Shown here in pieces: positions 21,949 through 35,900 of a DNA stretch of 64,000 nucleotides. Numbering within the stretch: the stretch's first letter is position 1; each line of letters begins with the position of its first letter. The DNA is taken from NCBI GenBank assembly GCA_002633005.1, contig NMRA01000343.1, positions 62,001-126,000 of the forward strand. Reading direction: 5' to 3'. Both the position numbers and the translations under genes were made by a program. The stretch comes from Phoronis australis. Lineage: Eukaryota; Animalia; Phoronida. The notes beneath the pieces were generated by a model, which saw only the letters and a list, made by a program, of their open reading frames with translations, had not been told where the DNA came from and did not search any database.

Positions 21949-23558
21949 TATATCGCATGGCTAAACAACTGAAGACCTAATACCGGTGGTTAGGTTTTAA
22001 GCCATGGTGAAGCAATGGCTGAAGTATTGGTGTTTATGTTAGCTAAATAATGCAATATGATGTTTGTTAAATGGTGACGCTTATTACTTTGTTTGGTGTG
22101 CTTGGTCAGTCTTCATGTTTTGAACAAGTTTTTGGTTGAAAACCGTTATCATTGGTTACAAACTGGGTAATGGGGTTGTCTTCATCTGGAAGGATGAGAT
22201 GTTCCTTATTTGTTAATATTCTATAGGGGAACGATTTTATTTTTTATTTCCCTGTGATATTTAGTCTTTTAATTAACATTATTGCACTGGATGATGTTAG
22301 AGTGAGAATTATGGAAAAACTTGCAGCGGTTGTCATGGCTTGTAAAACATACTTCGTTTTTAGAGGATGACTGATGAGCTCACGTTGCTGTTTTTGATGA
22401 ACAATAGTTTGTAAATTACACTGTACTGTGTTCATTAAGAATTATCTGTGCACCTACTGAGTGGATTTACGGTTCTGCTAATGTGGCTACTATAATCATG
22501 ACAAAGTAGTTGCGCTATATCAGCGTGTGGTTGCGTGGTTGAAGTATAGTGACAGATCATGTTGAAAATTTTGGCGTTTTAACCGTATAAGAGCCTGCAC
22601 GGTAGGCACTTAAGCAGCGCCTGCAAGCCTCTCATTTGCGGTATTCATTTGCTTAATTTTCGAGCGTCGGTTTCGTTTGCATTGCAACTTTTACAGTTCA
22701 CGGATTTTGCTAGGGGTAAGAGATATGTTAATGTATTGAACATTATGCGGCAGTAAACATGCATGGTCCATTTGTGTTAAGAGTAAAATTACCAATGACC
22801 AGAATTATCACAATGTCTCTTATCAAGCGGCATTACTTTAAATAATATTGCTGCGAAATCTAAACGTTTTTATGACGGAGGTGTTGAAAGTATTTTTAAA
22901 TAACATACTACTTTCTCAGGACTAAATTGCTAAAACGTTGTATCACTGACTAATCATACCACTAGACTTTGAAGGAAACGATGATATTTTCCAAACTGGC
23001 AATACATGGGCTGAATCGCGCTTGTTATTACAAGTCTCACAACAGTATGAATGGGCCTTTATTGAGGGCTCTATATCAATTAAAAATTGTTGTGTTTACA
23101 TCAGAGCTTCAGAAGACTTTGTCAGATTTTAATGCAAGCGTACGACACTATAGGCAAGTTCAAAGATTTTTAATCTGTTCAAAATTATTGCCACTTGCAA
23201 TCTCAAACTTAAACAAAGTGTCCGTGTTTCCCAGGAACTGTAATTTGAAAGCAATGGTTTAAAAATTGGAAAATTGCGGTAGTCAAAATTAAGTTTTAAC
23301 AGAACTGGACAATTCAGAGTCTGCGGCGAATGTTAGATTGTCAAAATACAGATGTAATTTGATATGCTGGCTTTGAAAGTAGTTCCCTGCTTGGAGCAAA
23401 GGTCATCTTTAGTTATGCATAGCAGGCCTCACTGGCTAATGCACCGAGAAGTTTCAATTAGATTGGTTCAGCTGATAAGGACTTAATGAGCCCCTAAGAG
23501 ACTTCTCAGACCAGGCCCGAAATGTTAAGTGTCAGGTCATCAATTTTTGTCAAATAAT

Positions 23559-23708
23559 CAGTGGCGAATTTAGAGGAGCAATGGCCACCCTAAAATTCTC
23601 CTGGATTACACTTGGCAGTTCGGGGGTGAGAATGTCTGACGGGCAAAATCATCCTGGCTAATACTCTGCCCTGGTTACCCCTAACTAAAAATCCTGGATC
23701 CGCCTCTA
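23559..23708. mobile_element. hAT-like MITE (CAGGGGCGGATCC-type termini); related pieces at about 12681-12717, 50066-50209 and 63897-63945
   Basis: cagtggcgaatttag ... cctggatccgcctcta. Similar ends: caggtgcggatccgg...ctggatcagcactg (50066-50209) and caggggtggatccaggatt (63897). Confidence 0.45.
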
Positions 23709-26700
23709 GTAATAAACAGTTTCGAGAAAAAATAAAGCGAAAGTTGTCTCCGTTATCCCTTGCCAGAGAGGGGCATCTGGAAAAATTCGCAAATTTGACT
23801 TATTGAATTTAATAATCCAGTAATTTTTTCGAAATATGTGTATGACTGATTTCGTGTACGTTTTCAAGCGCGTTAAGACGATTTGTGCTGCAAAAGCGGT
23901 GACCCTAACGACAATGTCCTGCCCACGGTTCTCAAAAGGTATACTATGCACTAATGCAGAATTGTTAAATGTTCTCTTGAATTTTCTCAGCTTCGTATTT
24001 CGCAACCTAGGCTTTTTCGACTGTCCCCGGCCCCACGCCTATGTTGGTTGCCACGGTGTAACCCTGTCGCCTGAAAGTTTTTTGGGGGCCTGTGCCCCCC
24101 CCCCGCTTCCTACGGCCCTGTATTACACTCCTGGGCCACACGTTTGTAACTTGAATTTGGCTGGTGTATAATAAAGTTGTCTTGCGCAATAATCATACAG
24201 TGTACATGTAATGTGTTTATTTTAAAAACGATCAACTCGTTTTCCGAAGAATTGCTGTCGTGGCGGGCACTGTGGTCAGGTCGCGAGTTCGTTTCAAGAT
24301 AAACCCTAGCAAGTTAGTTCCATACAAGGAATAGACCGGGGGGAGGGGAGTGGCACTCACATTGACAGTGTGACCAGTGACATTCGCGAACAGTGTACAG
24401 TACCAGAAATTGCGGGTAGGCTGTTCTTTCTCAGCAGTCTTGCGGTACTCGCGCGGTGTTCAATAAGCTCCCTAAGGAACGCTGGTTCCGACCTGAGCAG
24501 TGTATGTCCACAATCATCCTTAGTGTGGTTTGGTTGACAGAGGGTCAGATGCCAAAAACAAACTCGAAAACAGTAAAAATGGTCAATAGGTGGCGTAAAG
24601 TAACTCGAATCCGTCCAAAAATGGGCACCATATAGCTAATAGATGCCTAGCTGCCAAATTTCATGAAAACGATACAGAGGTAAGCCTAAAAAAATAAAAT
24701 TGTCACTAGGGGCACGCCGATAGTCAGAGAGGTCCAAAGTTCGTCGTCATCCGTTGTCAGCATCATCGGAACACATCTGCCAAATCTCATCAAGATCCTG
24801 CGAGGGCCAGGAGATACAGCAACGGGCGTTGGACGCCCAGACAGAAATGACGGAAATGGGACCGCATATAAATATGTTGGCGCATAATAAAAAACGGATT
24901 TCCATGTCGGAGTTGATCACTCATGAAATTGACAGAATTTGGAAAGTTTGCCGACAAAGTAAATTTCCCAAAGGTTGACAGCTTCACATCAACGATTCTT
25001 CAATTTTTTGTTGGTGAACACCAAATTGCCGTCATGCCAAGGGAAATTTCAAACTCGACTTGTCACATGTATTAACCCAGCAGGTGATAAAAAAATGATA
25101 ACTTCTAAAAGCAAGGTGACTGGCGTGAACTAAAATATTGTTTAAATTAGAATCGTTATTGTGAAAGTAGCAAATTAGGAGTGTTACAGTAAACCATTTT
25201 TATTTCATAAAGAAAACATTGTGCAAAAACACAAACATATACTTGAGGCAATTGATGTATCACAGAATTGCGAAACAGTGGCAGGAATGTTCAATTGTTT
25301 AGTGCACACATTGCTAACAAATAATTCTACAAGTGTGGACAAGAAAAATATTTTCATTCATTGAAGCTACATACAATTTGGACCTAAAAGTGTTACAAAG
25401 ACCAAAGCCCAGTTCCAGAGACTCCAAGACATTAGAAAGAGAATTTCATCCCATAGTACAATAATCCAACCTTATTGAACAAACACTTCGGTGGCTGCCA
25501 CTTTGAAAGGATAGGTTAGTCAGCTCTGAGCATTGTTTAACACCCGCCTTCGACTCGCTTGATTTTGCGAAATCTTGTTTTTCTCACAAGAAATTTGGTC
25601 TATGAAATGCTGTTACAGGTAGAAGCGATCTTTTTTTCTCTCAGATACCCTTGATCCATGTGGAATTCACTCACTGACTGCTTTTGCTGCTAAAATAAGC
25701 TTAAAAGTTGGTCGCTGCAATTTCTTAACTCCTGACTGCAAGTGGCTTTAACAATTTTTAGTCATTAAACATTGAGATATAAAGGACATCATGTAAAATC
25801 AATGACTCGGAATCAACTCTTCGGTTGGTTGCAGTCAGTGCTAAAGGTAAACAATTTAAAAAAATACAGAAAGTTTTCTATGCATTCAATAGGTAACAAT
25901 GATCTATGCTTAAACATTTTGATTTCTCTGAAACAATAAATACATCAAAACATCGCACATATACAAGAACTTTTATCACAAGAGTTGATAGCAAAAATCA
26001 CGAAATTACAAGTTTCATAACAAGGATTAAAACGCACAAAGTATACAGATCAAACTGCTAAAACTGAATATAAACAAACCTGCTCATTGACTTATTACTA
26101 AGGTGTTACACTGACCTTTGCTTTAGCTTAAACATGATTCGACTCTAAAACATTGATGACACATAAAATTTGACACATTCAACCAAAGTATGACCAATGC
26201 CATAAATAAATGACAAGCAATAAAACCAGTGCTTGAAAAGACTTCAACTATAGGAATGGCTATCGCTGACATGACCAACGTTTTTCAGATGTAGATACTC
26301 AGAATTAATTCTCTAAAACACCGTCAAAGTTTTTTCTGAATTATCTTTTCATTTTTGTGTTCTGGGTTTTTCAAGACTATCACACGAGTCCTTATTTTTA
26401 ATAGCACCTTATGCAAAATAAAAATACTTTGAATAATCCCTCACAGGGCTTTGGAAAAGAGTGTCTGAAAGTTTCACAGGACTCTGATCGGCCAATTCTG
26501 AAGTCGGAAGTTCCAAAGTTGGCCACATTTTGCCATTTTCTTGTTATTCATATATTTTAACCAAACCACTTGAACAGAACTTGTTAGGTCACACCTGTTT
26601 CCAAAATGTATCTAAACTGTGTGTGCACCCTATTCTAAAATCCTAGTTCCAGGGAGGAAACTTAAGAGCAAGGAGGTGTGCAGATACATCCTCTAACAAC

Positions 26701-26946
26701 TCCCAACTTGTCATGCAAATGTCGAATTCATAGGGCAGCTAGGCAATTTGTAGGGCATAACACTTGATAGAGAAATCACAAAATTGTGTTCACTGATAAA
26801 GGTATGCAGTTTCAGAGGGCAAAATTTTTTTACACCCCACGACAAAACAGCTAGTCCTGTCCACGCTTGGATCTGAACATACCTTAACTTGACCTGAACT
26901 AGATAAAAAATAACAAATCAGTTATGTAGTGACAGATTTTTCCTCA

Positions 26947-29900
26947 TCAGTCGTCGTAAAAATCGAATGGATCATCCCTGTTTGCCTTCAAGGTAGGTGG
27001 CGCCGGTGGATGAGGTGTCTCATCCAAATCGTAACAACGTAACAACTGGTACTCGCTTGGACCTCCCCGATCAACACGGCCAACCTTCAGCTTTTCGTGA
27101 CGTAACCTGACCAACATAAAGGATAAATACCACTGTTGTAAAAAGACTAGTTTTTAACATTTAGGTTGACCATTAAAGCTTAATCTCTTTATACAACAAA
27201 TCACAAAATTTTTATTAATTTTAAATAAAGATTAAAATTCATGTTCCCTAGCAACTGACAAATAAATTGATGTACTATTGTATTAAGTCAGTGCATGAAA
27301 TGAATATTCTTAGCAGCATAAAATGAATATTCTTAGCAGCATAAAATGAATATTCATAGCAGCATAAAATGAATATTCTTAGCAGCATAAAATATTCAAA
27401 TTTCAAAGCTTACTTCATGCCAGACTTCAATTTCAATTTTTTTGTTTAAGGATTAGAATTTCGTATATATTTGAGTACTAAATATTATGTCTTGTGAAAA
27501 AAATAATTCACACTGTCTATCTATAAAACATAAAAAGAGAAAGAGTTCTACAAATCAACCTAGCTTGCAAAACATAACAGATTTGAAGTTCGTCTACAAA
27601 ACATAACAGATTTGAAGTTCGTCTACGTTTTCAAAACAATTCCATTTAGAATACTTGTTACCTGAGAGCTGGACTGAAAAACATGTCAAAGTCATGATAC
27701 AATGTAATGCAGAGAAGAAACTTCAGATAACTGCAAGAACATCTGGCAACAGTAACTACAATGATTGTCACCATACTTGTACTTTACAACATTCATTTAA
27801 CAATTACATCAAACACACTGGATCTAGAATGTCATAAGGGGGGGGGGCAATTTTCAAAAGAAAAGTCCGTGCAAGCCCTAAAAATGGCATGCGTATGGGG
27901 TTTTTAGGTTGTGTCCATGGGGAAAGGGTGGCTCCTGAATTCTGCTTATGCAAACAATGTGAAATGCGTACAATGCAGGTTATATGGTCTCAACTTATCC
28001 CTTCCTCAATTTAGAAGTGACTCATCCGCTTGGGAAGAACTGACAGTACATTAATTTTAGAAGTTATGCTCAAATTGTACAATACTCAACTGGATCAAGC
28101 TAGGTCACTGAGCCTGGTATCAACCAATCATACAATAATCAGCTGGGTCAAGGTAGGTCACTGAGCCTGGTATCAACCAATCATACAATAATCAACTGGG
28201 TCAAGCTAGGTCACTGAGCCTGGTATCAACCAATAACAGACTGTCATTTCTTCGAAAGCACAGAAATCACTTCTAATACAAATAAGGGACAACTTGAGAC
28301 CAAATTTCTTAATATTTGGGGCATAATTCAAAACTAATAACTACATAAGGTAAAACATCACCAATTTATGACACAATACCGTGGACAAGTGAAATTTTAT
28401 TTTCTCATTTTTTTTGATAAATGACATGCAGTACCAGACTGATACTTTCCCATATCTAAGCTCTGAACCATAGCTATCCACGGAAAATCTTTTGAAAATT
28501 GTGACAATGTTAGAAGCCTTTAAAAAATGAGTAAAGTCCAATTTTGGCAATTACTTTGTTGTCTGAAACTGGTGAAAGTTTACGACTTTATTGGACATCA
28601 CATTGACTGTGAGAACAAGTTTTGTCAATACTTGGAGAAACAATGTTCCATACAGCACAGGTTAAAAATAATTTCCTATAGGTAGGCAACGAGTTGGCGA
28701 CGAGTGTCTTTCAAAGAGAATATTCAAAAGCATGAAATGAAGATAGCACTGTAGTTGGCTGGGCACGTTGCCAAAAAACAGAATCATCATTGGCAATTTT
28801 TCTGACCAGTTGATAACCAAACATCAATTCATTGCTGCCCGGTCGGAAAAAATTCAAGACCTCTGCAGAAGTAACCACACTGACTATAATTTGACTTGTC
28901 AATCAGCGCAGTAAGGTTGCCACCTTTATGATGAAAAAACTGTGATGTATTGAATGATAAGTCAAGTTAAAATAACACATACCTTTTGCCCTTTCCTTTG
29001 TTGAATTCCCTCTCTTTGATTTGTTGAGCAATTGTGTCATCATCAACATATTCCACCTGGTTATTGTTAAATGGTACTGGCTTTACTGGCGGCGGTGCCT
29101 AGAATCATATCACAACACGTTGGTATTCATAAAGTGTGCATTTCGCCAGAGTTAGCCACGCCAAATCATCCAACAAATTTTTGATGTCCTTTTGATTATT
29201 ATGAGGTGGATTGACAACAAAATTTTCTACATAAAGACATCATTTATAAAATGATAGTACAAGTAAAATTATATGAGTTTTCATTTCAGAGCACTCTTTC
29301 ACTACTGTAACATTTTAGCTAAAAATTTAAGAAAATGAATTTAAAGCTATCAAGTATAGCATTTTCACCATCCTAGTGACGTTCTTTCATACTGTATCGA
29401 GTAATTTACTATTTTTTAATTTCTTGCGGTTCACCAACAAAATCGCGGCCACAGTTGAATGACACTGAACTTTTTATAAACTTTAAAAAATGTATTACTA
29501 TTTTAGTGATTATATTTTTTGAATGATTAACCTCGTTCTATCCTCTAAACTCTAGTTAAAATAACCGGAAAACTATTTTCCATTAACAAGAACTTTAACA
29601 CTTTTAAACAAAAGAGCAGCAAACCTCTTCATCATCGTCAGAGTTCCTGGCCGAGTCAGCATGTATGACGTCATACGAGTTGATTTTCTGTTCAATGACC
29701 GGATGACGCGGCATGCTCATGGGGTCAATGAGTACATCATAGGGCACCATGGGGTGCTGGAATGTGGCTGGATTGTAGACATCCCAAGGCTCAGGTTGAC
29801 CGAAAGTACCTGGAGAATTGAAAGTGAAGAATAAATTAAGCTGAAACACATAAAATTCTCCTTTATAACCTTTCACAGTTTTATGACGGTCGTTTTGGCA

Positions 29901-32900
29901 AAGTCTCACCAAAAATCATACTGCAGCGGAGCGATACATTCAATTCTGACGTGCTAAGTGACAAGTGTTGTTTTCTAACATTTTGTTTACCAATCACCAA
30001 GTAATCTGTGAAGTCACCGGATGTTTACAAGCTGACAACCATCCCATAATGCATTTCAAAAATTACAGCAGCACTGTAGATAAATTCGCAGAATTCAATG
30101 GTTCATACAAGTAAGTCTGCGGACACAAAAATGGCCCCAAAACAAGTGTTTCTACTGACCTACATAATGACCCTGGACAGTCCACAGGCGAACAGTACAG
30201 TCAAGTGAAGAGGACAGCAACATCTTCACCTCGTCAATGTAGTCCATACACGTGACACTCTCTACGTGACCTCTCCACGATGCGTCCACTGGAACATAGC
30301 ACACCCCGTTAATTCAATCTTATGGCAAATCGGTGAATGAAAGGGCTGTGAATTGTGGGAAGTGTACAAGCTAAGCGGGAGACTTGACATGGAGTGACAG
30401 CTCTATAAACTTTGACCTTGGACATGAACTAAACAAATTTTCACGCGGATGAAAGTCAGACAGGAAGTTTCGCTACACGGTATATATTTCGTATTTCTAG
30501 TTCCCTAGAATGAAGATAAAGTATTTTGCTATACATATGTGAAATACTGGAAAAACGGCCATTTTATGTGAATAAGGTTTGTAAGTAGAAACTGAAATAC
30601 CACTAGCCACTAATTTTCTATTTCGATCACTCACTATTACAAGACTCAACTCATTCTTGTTTAATATTAGAAGTGATTCCTCATCTTAAATGCGGACACT
30701 TCATTACTGCCTGAGAGGATGCACCGTGCACCCGTAGGGTAAAAGCAACTTAATGAGTCTGTCAGCTCTTCCCAAGCCCATAAATCAACTGTAACCTGAA
30801 TAAGGAACACGTTGATGTCACTTAAGTTACCTAAATTAAAAGTTTTTGACAGCTATATAGCAGCTTTAGCATAGTATTTTTGGTGCCGTCGTATCCATCA
30901 CCCACTACTATATAAAAATAATTGCAGGTGGTCTGATTCACGTACCAGACGTGCAGAGGCCGCACTTGTGGCCGCATTGCACTGATCACCTGGAACCATT
31001 GTTATGCTTTTCAGTTAAAACCGAGCTGAGCTAGAAACCTGACTCAAGGGTCTAGCAGTGTGGCCCAGTGGTACTCACACCCACAACCTCGAGTAAAGAA
31101 AGCACGCACCAATCACACAATGCCACACTGCCTCCTCACCCACTACTATAATCATCACTTACATTCAGGAGGATGTTTCTCTTCGTGCACCAAGCCGTAC
31201 CCATCAATGTTCCACACGTTAATAAACCCGTGACTGTCGCCTGTGATCAGCCTCGTGTTCGTTTTATTTAGCACCATTGTAGTTACCATTGCATTTTCAA
31301 TTTTTGTCTGAATGAAAATAAAAAAATGACAAGTTATGACAAAGGAAAACTAAACGAAAGCCACAGCAAAGGGATTTTAATACTGACTCATTATGTCATT
31401 GAATATATGGTTGATAAGAGCCAGTGATAATAGACTCTTCAGTATACGGGCTAACACAGCTTAGTCATAGAAAAGAAATGTTTACTTGCCTCTCTCAATT
31501 TCTTAAGATGCATTGCAAAAATTAAATCAAAGCATTCGTCACTCACTATTTTGTGAAATGGGATGTTCCAAGTAAATATATTACCGAGAAACCAATCAAT
31601 ATAGCTTAAATGTCTTAGGGTTTGTATCACTTAGAATGACCAGTAGGGAAATGAATTGTATCTTGTGATGAGTTTTAACTTACCGCAGGCCACTTGGCTA
31701 TTAGATTGCCTCCTTGGAATACATTCCACAGGTGAATGTAACTCTTGGGACCACTAGCCACCAGAGAGCCAGCGTCTTTATTGTACGCTCTTGTTTTCAA
31801 AAATAATATCTTGTTAATTGACATCTCCCCATCCACTAAAAAAGGAATACACAGTAGATTTTATATATTAATTACTCCAATGTTTTGTGTTTAAAAAACG
31901 CCAGTTTCAGAATTTTAGCAGCTAACTATCTTCAGACTGACTGCAAATTATTTTCTGAAGTTCATATTCCTTTCTTGAAAATTTTCTCATTTTTTAAAAA
32001 AGCTGCTTCTAAGTTTGTAGACAGTCATGCCAAAATTTTGCAACTAGCTCTTTATAACTTTTATTGAATTTGTTATCTAATGTATTGTAAGTAGAACATC
32101 AATGGATTGTACTCTCTAACAGTCAGGCATACCTCAGGAAAACTGGTGATAACAATGAAGGTCACCCTAATTTTAAACATTACAATTGATAAAAGAAATA
32201 TCTTTATGTTCAACATTCTTGACCACCACTCAGATGTTTGAGAACGTCTGAGTGATGGTCGAAAATTGACATAATGCACAAGTCAATGCAGTTAAGTGTT
32301 GTTTGAGATGGACGTAGCAAAAGTTTGAAATTAAAATCACAAGAGACCAGTGACAAATGAATTTAACTGTACTAGAAAAACAGCAGTTAGAGATATATCG
32401 GCTAGGGTCACAACAAAACACAAAACAATTGAATGAAAACAAGAAACCATAACATTTACCATAGATGTCTGTCATTTGCTAAAATTGCACCAGATTATGA
32501 ATCTCAATTATGGTCAAATTATCTTTTACTTTAAGAATTATTCAACATTCAATATCTCCACTTTCTGAAATCAATACTAGGTAAACAAGAAATTTCACTT
32601 CACATTAAGTGTTGAAATTAACCCAGCAATGCAGTAAAAGCACAAGATCAGTATTTGGATATGTTTAGTGATGACGTATCAAGGCAGTAGATGACGCAAT
32701 TTGGACCCCGAAATAAGAATCAACATGACGTCACACTGAGTCCAAAACGTCATAATGACGTCAAAATGACATTCCTATAGATCATAGAAAGACTTGCATG
32801 AAATGACTCTCTCCCGGTCTCTCTTTCGTTACTTACGAATTTCACTCTTGGTGCCTGTCTGCAGTGGCGACCTCAAGTGGCTGAAGATGTGACCCGAGAC

Positions 32901-35900
32901 TAAGTTCCATATAATGACCTCACCATCGTAACTGGACGTGGCCAGAAGATTAGGGGCACTATGAGTGACGGACATGATGTCTTCTTGATGACCATTACGC
33001 TGGACATGCAAAAAAATGTCAGAGGGTCAGTAAAACTGACATGAGGTGGAGGCACAAAAGTCAGATCTTTGCTTAAAGCCTACTGTGAACAGTAAAACAT
33101 GAAAATTACTTTGTTGCTATTATATCGTTTTAGCATCACTCTGAGAACATCCATATACTGAGAAGCAGGTAACTGGATAAAACAATGTTATTTTCTCACC
33201 AAATCATCCTCCCATTCATCCTGAGGGTGCTGTATGTGTGATATGCTCTCTTCGTTTGAGTCGATATAGATGTTGATGCGTCGGTCCCAGCCCACGGCGC
33301 ACACGTACCTAACACAAACATTCAACATTCATTTATTATCTATAGTGTTGGCTGCACTGAACGGAAATTCTTCAGTAATACATGCAATCTCATAATTTGG
33401 ATTTCAAACTTTAGTTAATATGCGTATAATGATACAGGGAAAACTAAAAATGAAACTATGGTATTTTTGCAAAAAATATTAAATTCCATGCAAGAACTGA
33501 ACAGATCAATGTAAACTGACCAACTGGGATTTCAAAAAATTTATTTATTTGGCATTAATCAACTCTTTTAAGAGTTCAGTATTTGGGTCACCCTACGTTT
33601 TAAAATTGTAAGCTTGTATTTTTAAATGTACAGAAAAGCTTATCCCATGGTCTGGATAACAGTTTGCAGATCCTAATTAATATTTCAACAGCTTGTATTG
33701 CTACAAATGAATCGTAAAATATTGTAAGTTGGTGGCAATAGAAAAGCAGTCTACGTAAACATTGCTCAGTAAGCTTCAAGGTTCTATATTCTTAGAATAA
33801 TTGAAGTATTTGAATTGATTTTTAGGTAGAACTCAATAATATCCAAGTTTTGATTGAATATTTTGATATCAATCACTAAAAATGCTACTTACAAAAACCA
33901 GTGACGAGACAGATGTAGGACAAAGAGAATAATGCATTTTTGTTACATGCAACACCTGTGTTATTTTATTTATGATACACTGACATTTAGAGGTTTATCG
34001 TGTGATGGCAAATTGTCATACATATAGGAATAAACGTGAGCAAACCACCTCCAAGACTAATGTGTTGCCTTCAGCCATGAGAACTGTGTTCACATGTGGT
34101 AGTGGTACTAAATGGCTATGGTAAAGCAACCGTCACTGATTCTAATGACCATGTGAACAACGTCAAGCCAAGCATACTGAATATAGAAATTGACAGCAAC
34201 TCACTCTCAAGAGGAAATCAAGCAGTAATAATTCAAATTCACTTTAAATTTCCCGTGATAAAAATAGCTTGGAAAAATCACACACAATTCTGACTTGTAA
34301 AAGCATGCAGAGATTTTATATAAAAATTCAAAATCAATCAAAACAAATATGTGCGAATGAATTAAAGCCTCACATAAATTAAAAGTGCACAAGTAACGGT
34401 AATTCTTTCATTATTGTGACCAAAAATAGTCACTTAATTGACAGGATTCCTGTTGAATTAAATAACTTAAGGGACTGATTACATAATCAAAACGTTTTCC
34501 ACATGTCATCGAGATGGCATCTGAGAATTAAATTTCAATTTAGTAAATTTTTCTCAACTGACAGTTAACTTTTTCAAGAAAATAAGAATCAAGTTAATTT
34601 TTGTACCACACAGGATGATTATTAAGAGAATTACCGTACTGACAAACAAACCTAGGTGAAACGGAAAAACTATAAATGACTGAAAATAAATGAAAACTTC
34701 ATTACCGGACCAAAAAACTGTAAATTGTAAAGAAAACATTTAAAATTATCACATTTTCAGCACAAAGAGCAGAAAATGAAATGGCGTCAACAATAAATTT
34801 GTTTAGTTCAAGTAAGTTAGAACACTAGATCCCAGAATTACACAACACTGTGCACTGACATCAGTCTGTAATTAGTCTTACGCACACTCATGACAAAAGT
34901 AATGACACGATGATAGCATGATTGAGAAAATTCGATAATTTTTCAGTACATGGTGCACAGTTTTCATTTCAATCAAAATATCAAAAATTCTCAATTACAT
35001 GGGATCAGTAATTACATAGAGATTTTTGTAAAACAATTCACTGCCAATATACCTGTTTTTGTTCATCTCTACATAGACTATGGAGGAAATTTCTTCATTT
35101 CCATGATCTGAAATAAATTCACAGATAATTACAAATTACCTTCATCATATGAAATACACAAGACAGCATGAAACAGAATTTGTAACATATGTCCAGCCAA
35201 ATCAGTGCAAAGTTATACTTAAAGTTTCAAAAAATATTTGATATTCAATGACCTCAAGATTACCCACAAATATCTGAAAAAGCAACAGAACCAATCACAA
35301 TATGCAAGGAACTGTTCGTCTATTTCACTAGAGAACAAATACTCTCTTTAGGTGGGCAGGTCAAGGCACGCAGGCAACATAACTTGTCTGTACATCATAA
35401 AAATGAACAAAATTTAAAAAATTAATGTACAGTATGAAAATATGTGGAGAATGGTTTGAAAATAATTGCTTAGTTTTATTTCACCAACGAATACCAGTAA
35501 TGAGGCACATATACAGCTTATTAAGAAATACACTAGCCAAGAAGAAACATCCACATTTTTAACACTTTTTTAGAGGTCATGAAAAGTGTGTTTTGTACAC
35601 TTCTGAAAATGGCGATAATTGTAAAGGGTCCATAACAGATAAATAAAACTGTTATTACATGCCGATGTACACTAACTTGTACATGTGAGTGGAAAAGTTT
35701 CAGCACTAAAATCTAATACCAAAAATCCAAATTGCACACAATTCACCAGTTTTGTAAGCAAGACACTAATTCTATGAAGCCTGCATATTAAGTACTAATA
35801 AGCAAGCAACTGTTAAAAAGCTCCACCTTCTTTCTATATATGGCATCTAATACATACATGAAGTCTGACGAAGCTGTACATTGGGAGTCTCTGTTGGCCC

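Noticed and set aside
24250-24315. U11 snRNA-like motif (ctgtcgtggcgggcac ... tcaaga)
   Set aside because: Lacks the 5' AAAAAGGG and a downstream Sm site and 3' hairpin; likely chance similarity.
27298-28235. CRISPR-like arrays
   Set aside because: Head-to-tail minisatellites with no unique spacers, in a eukaryotic intron, with no cas genes.
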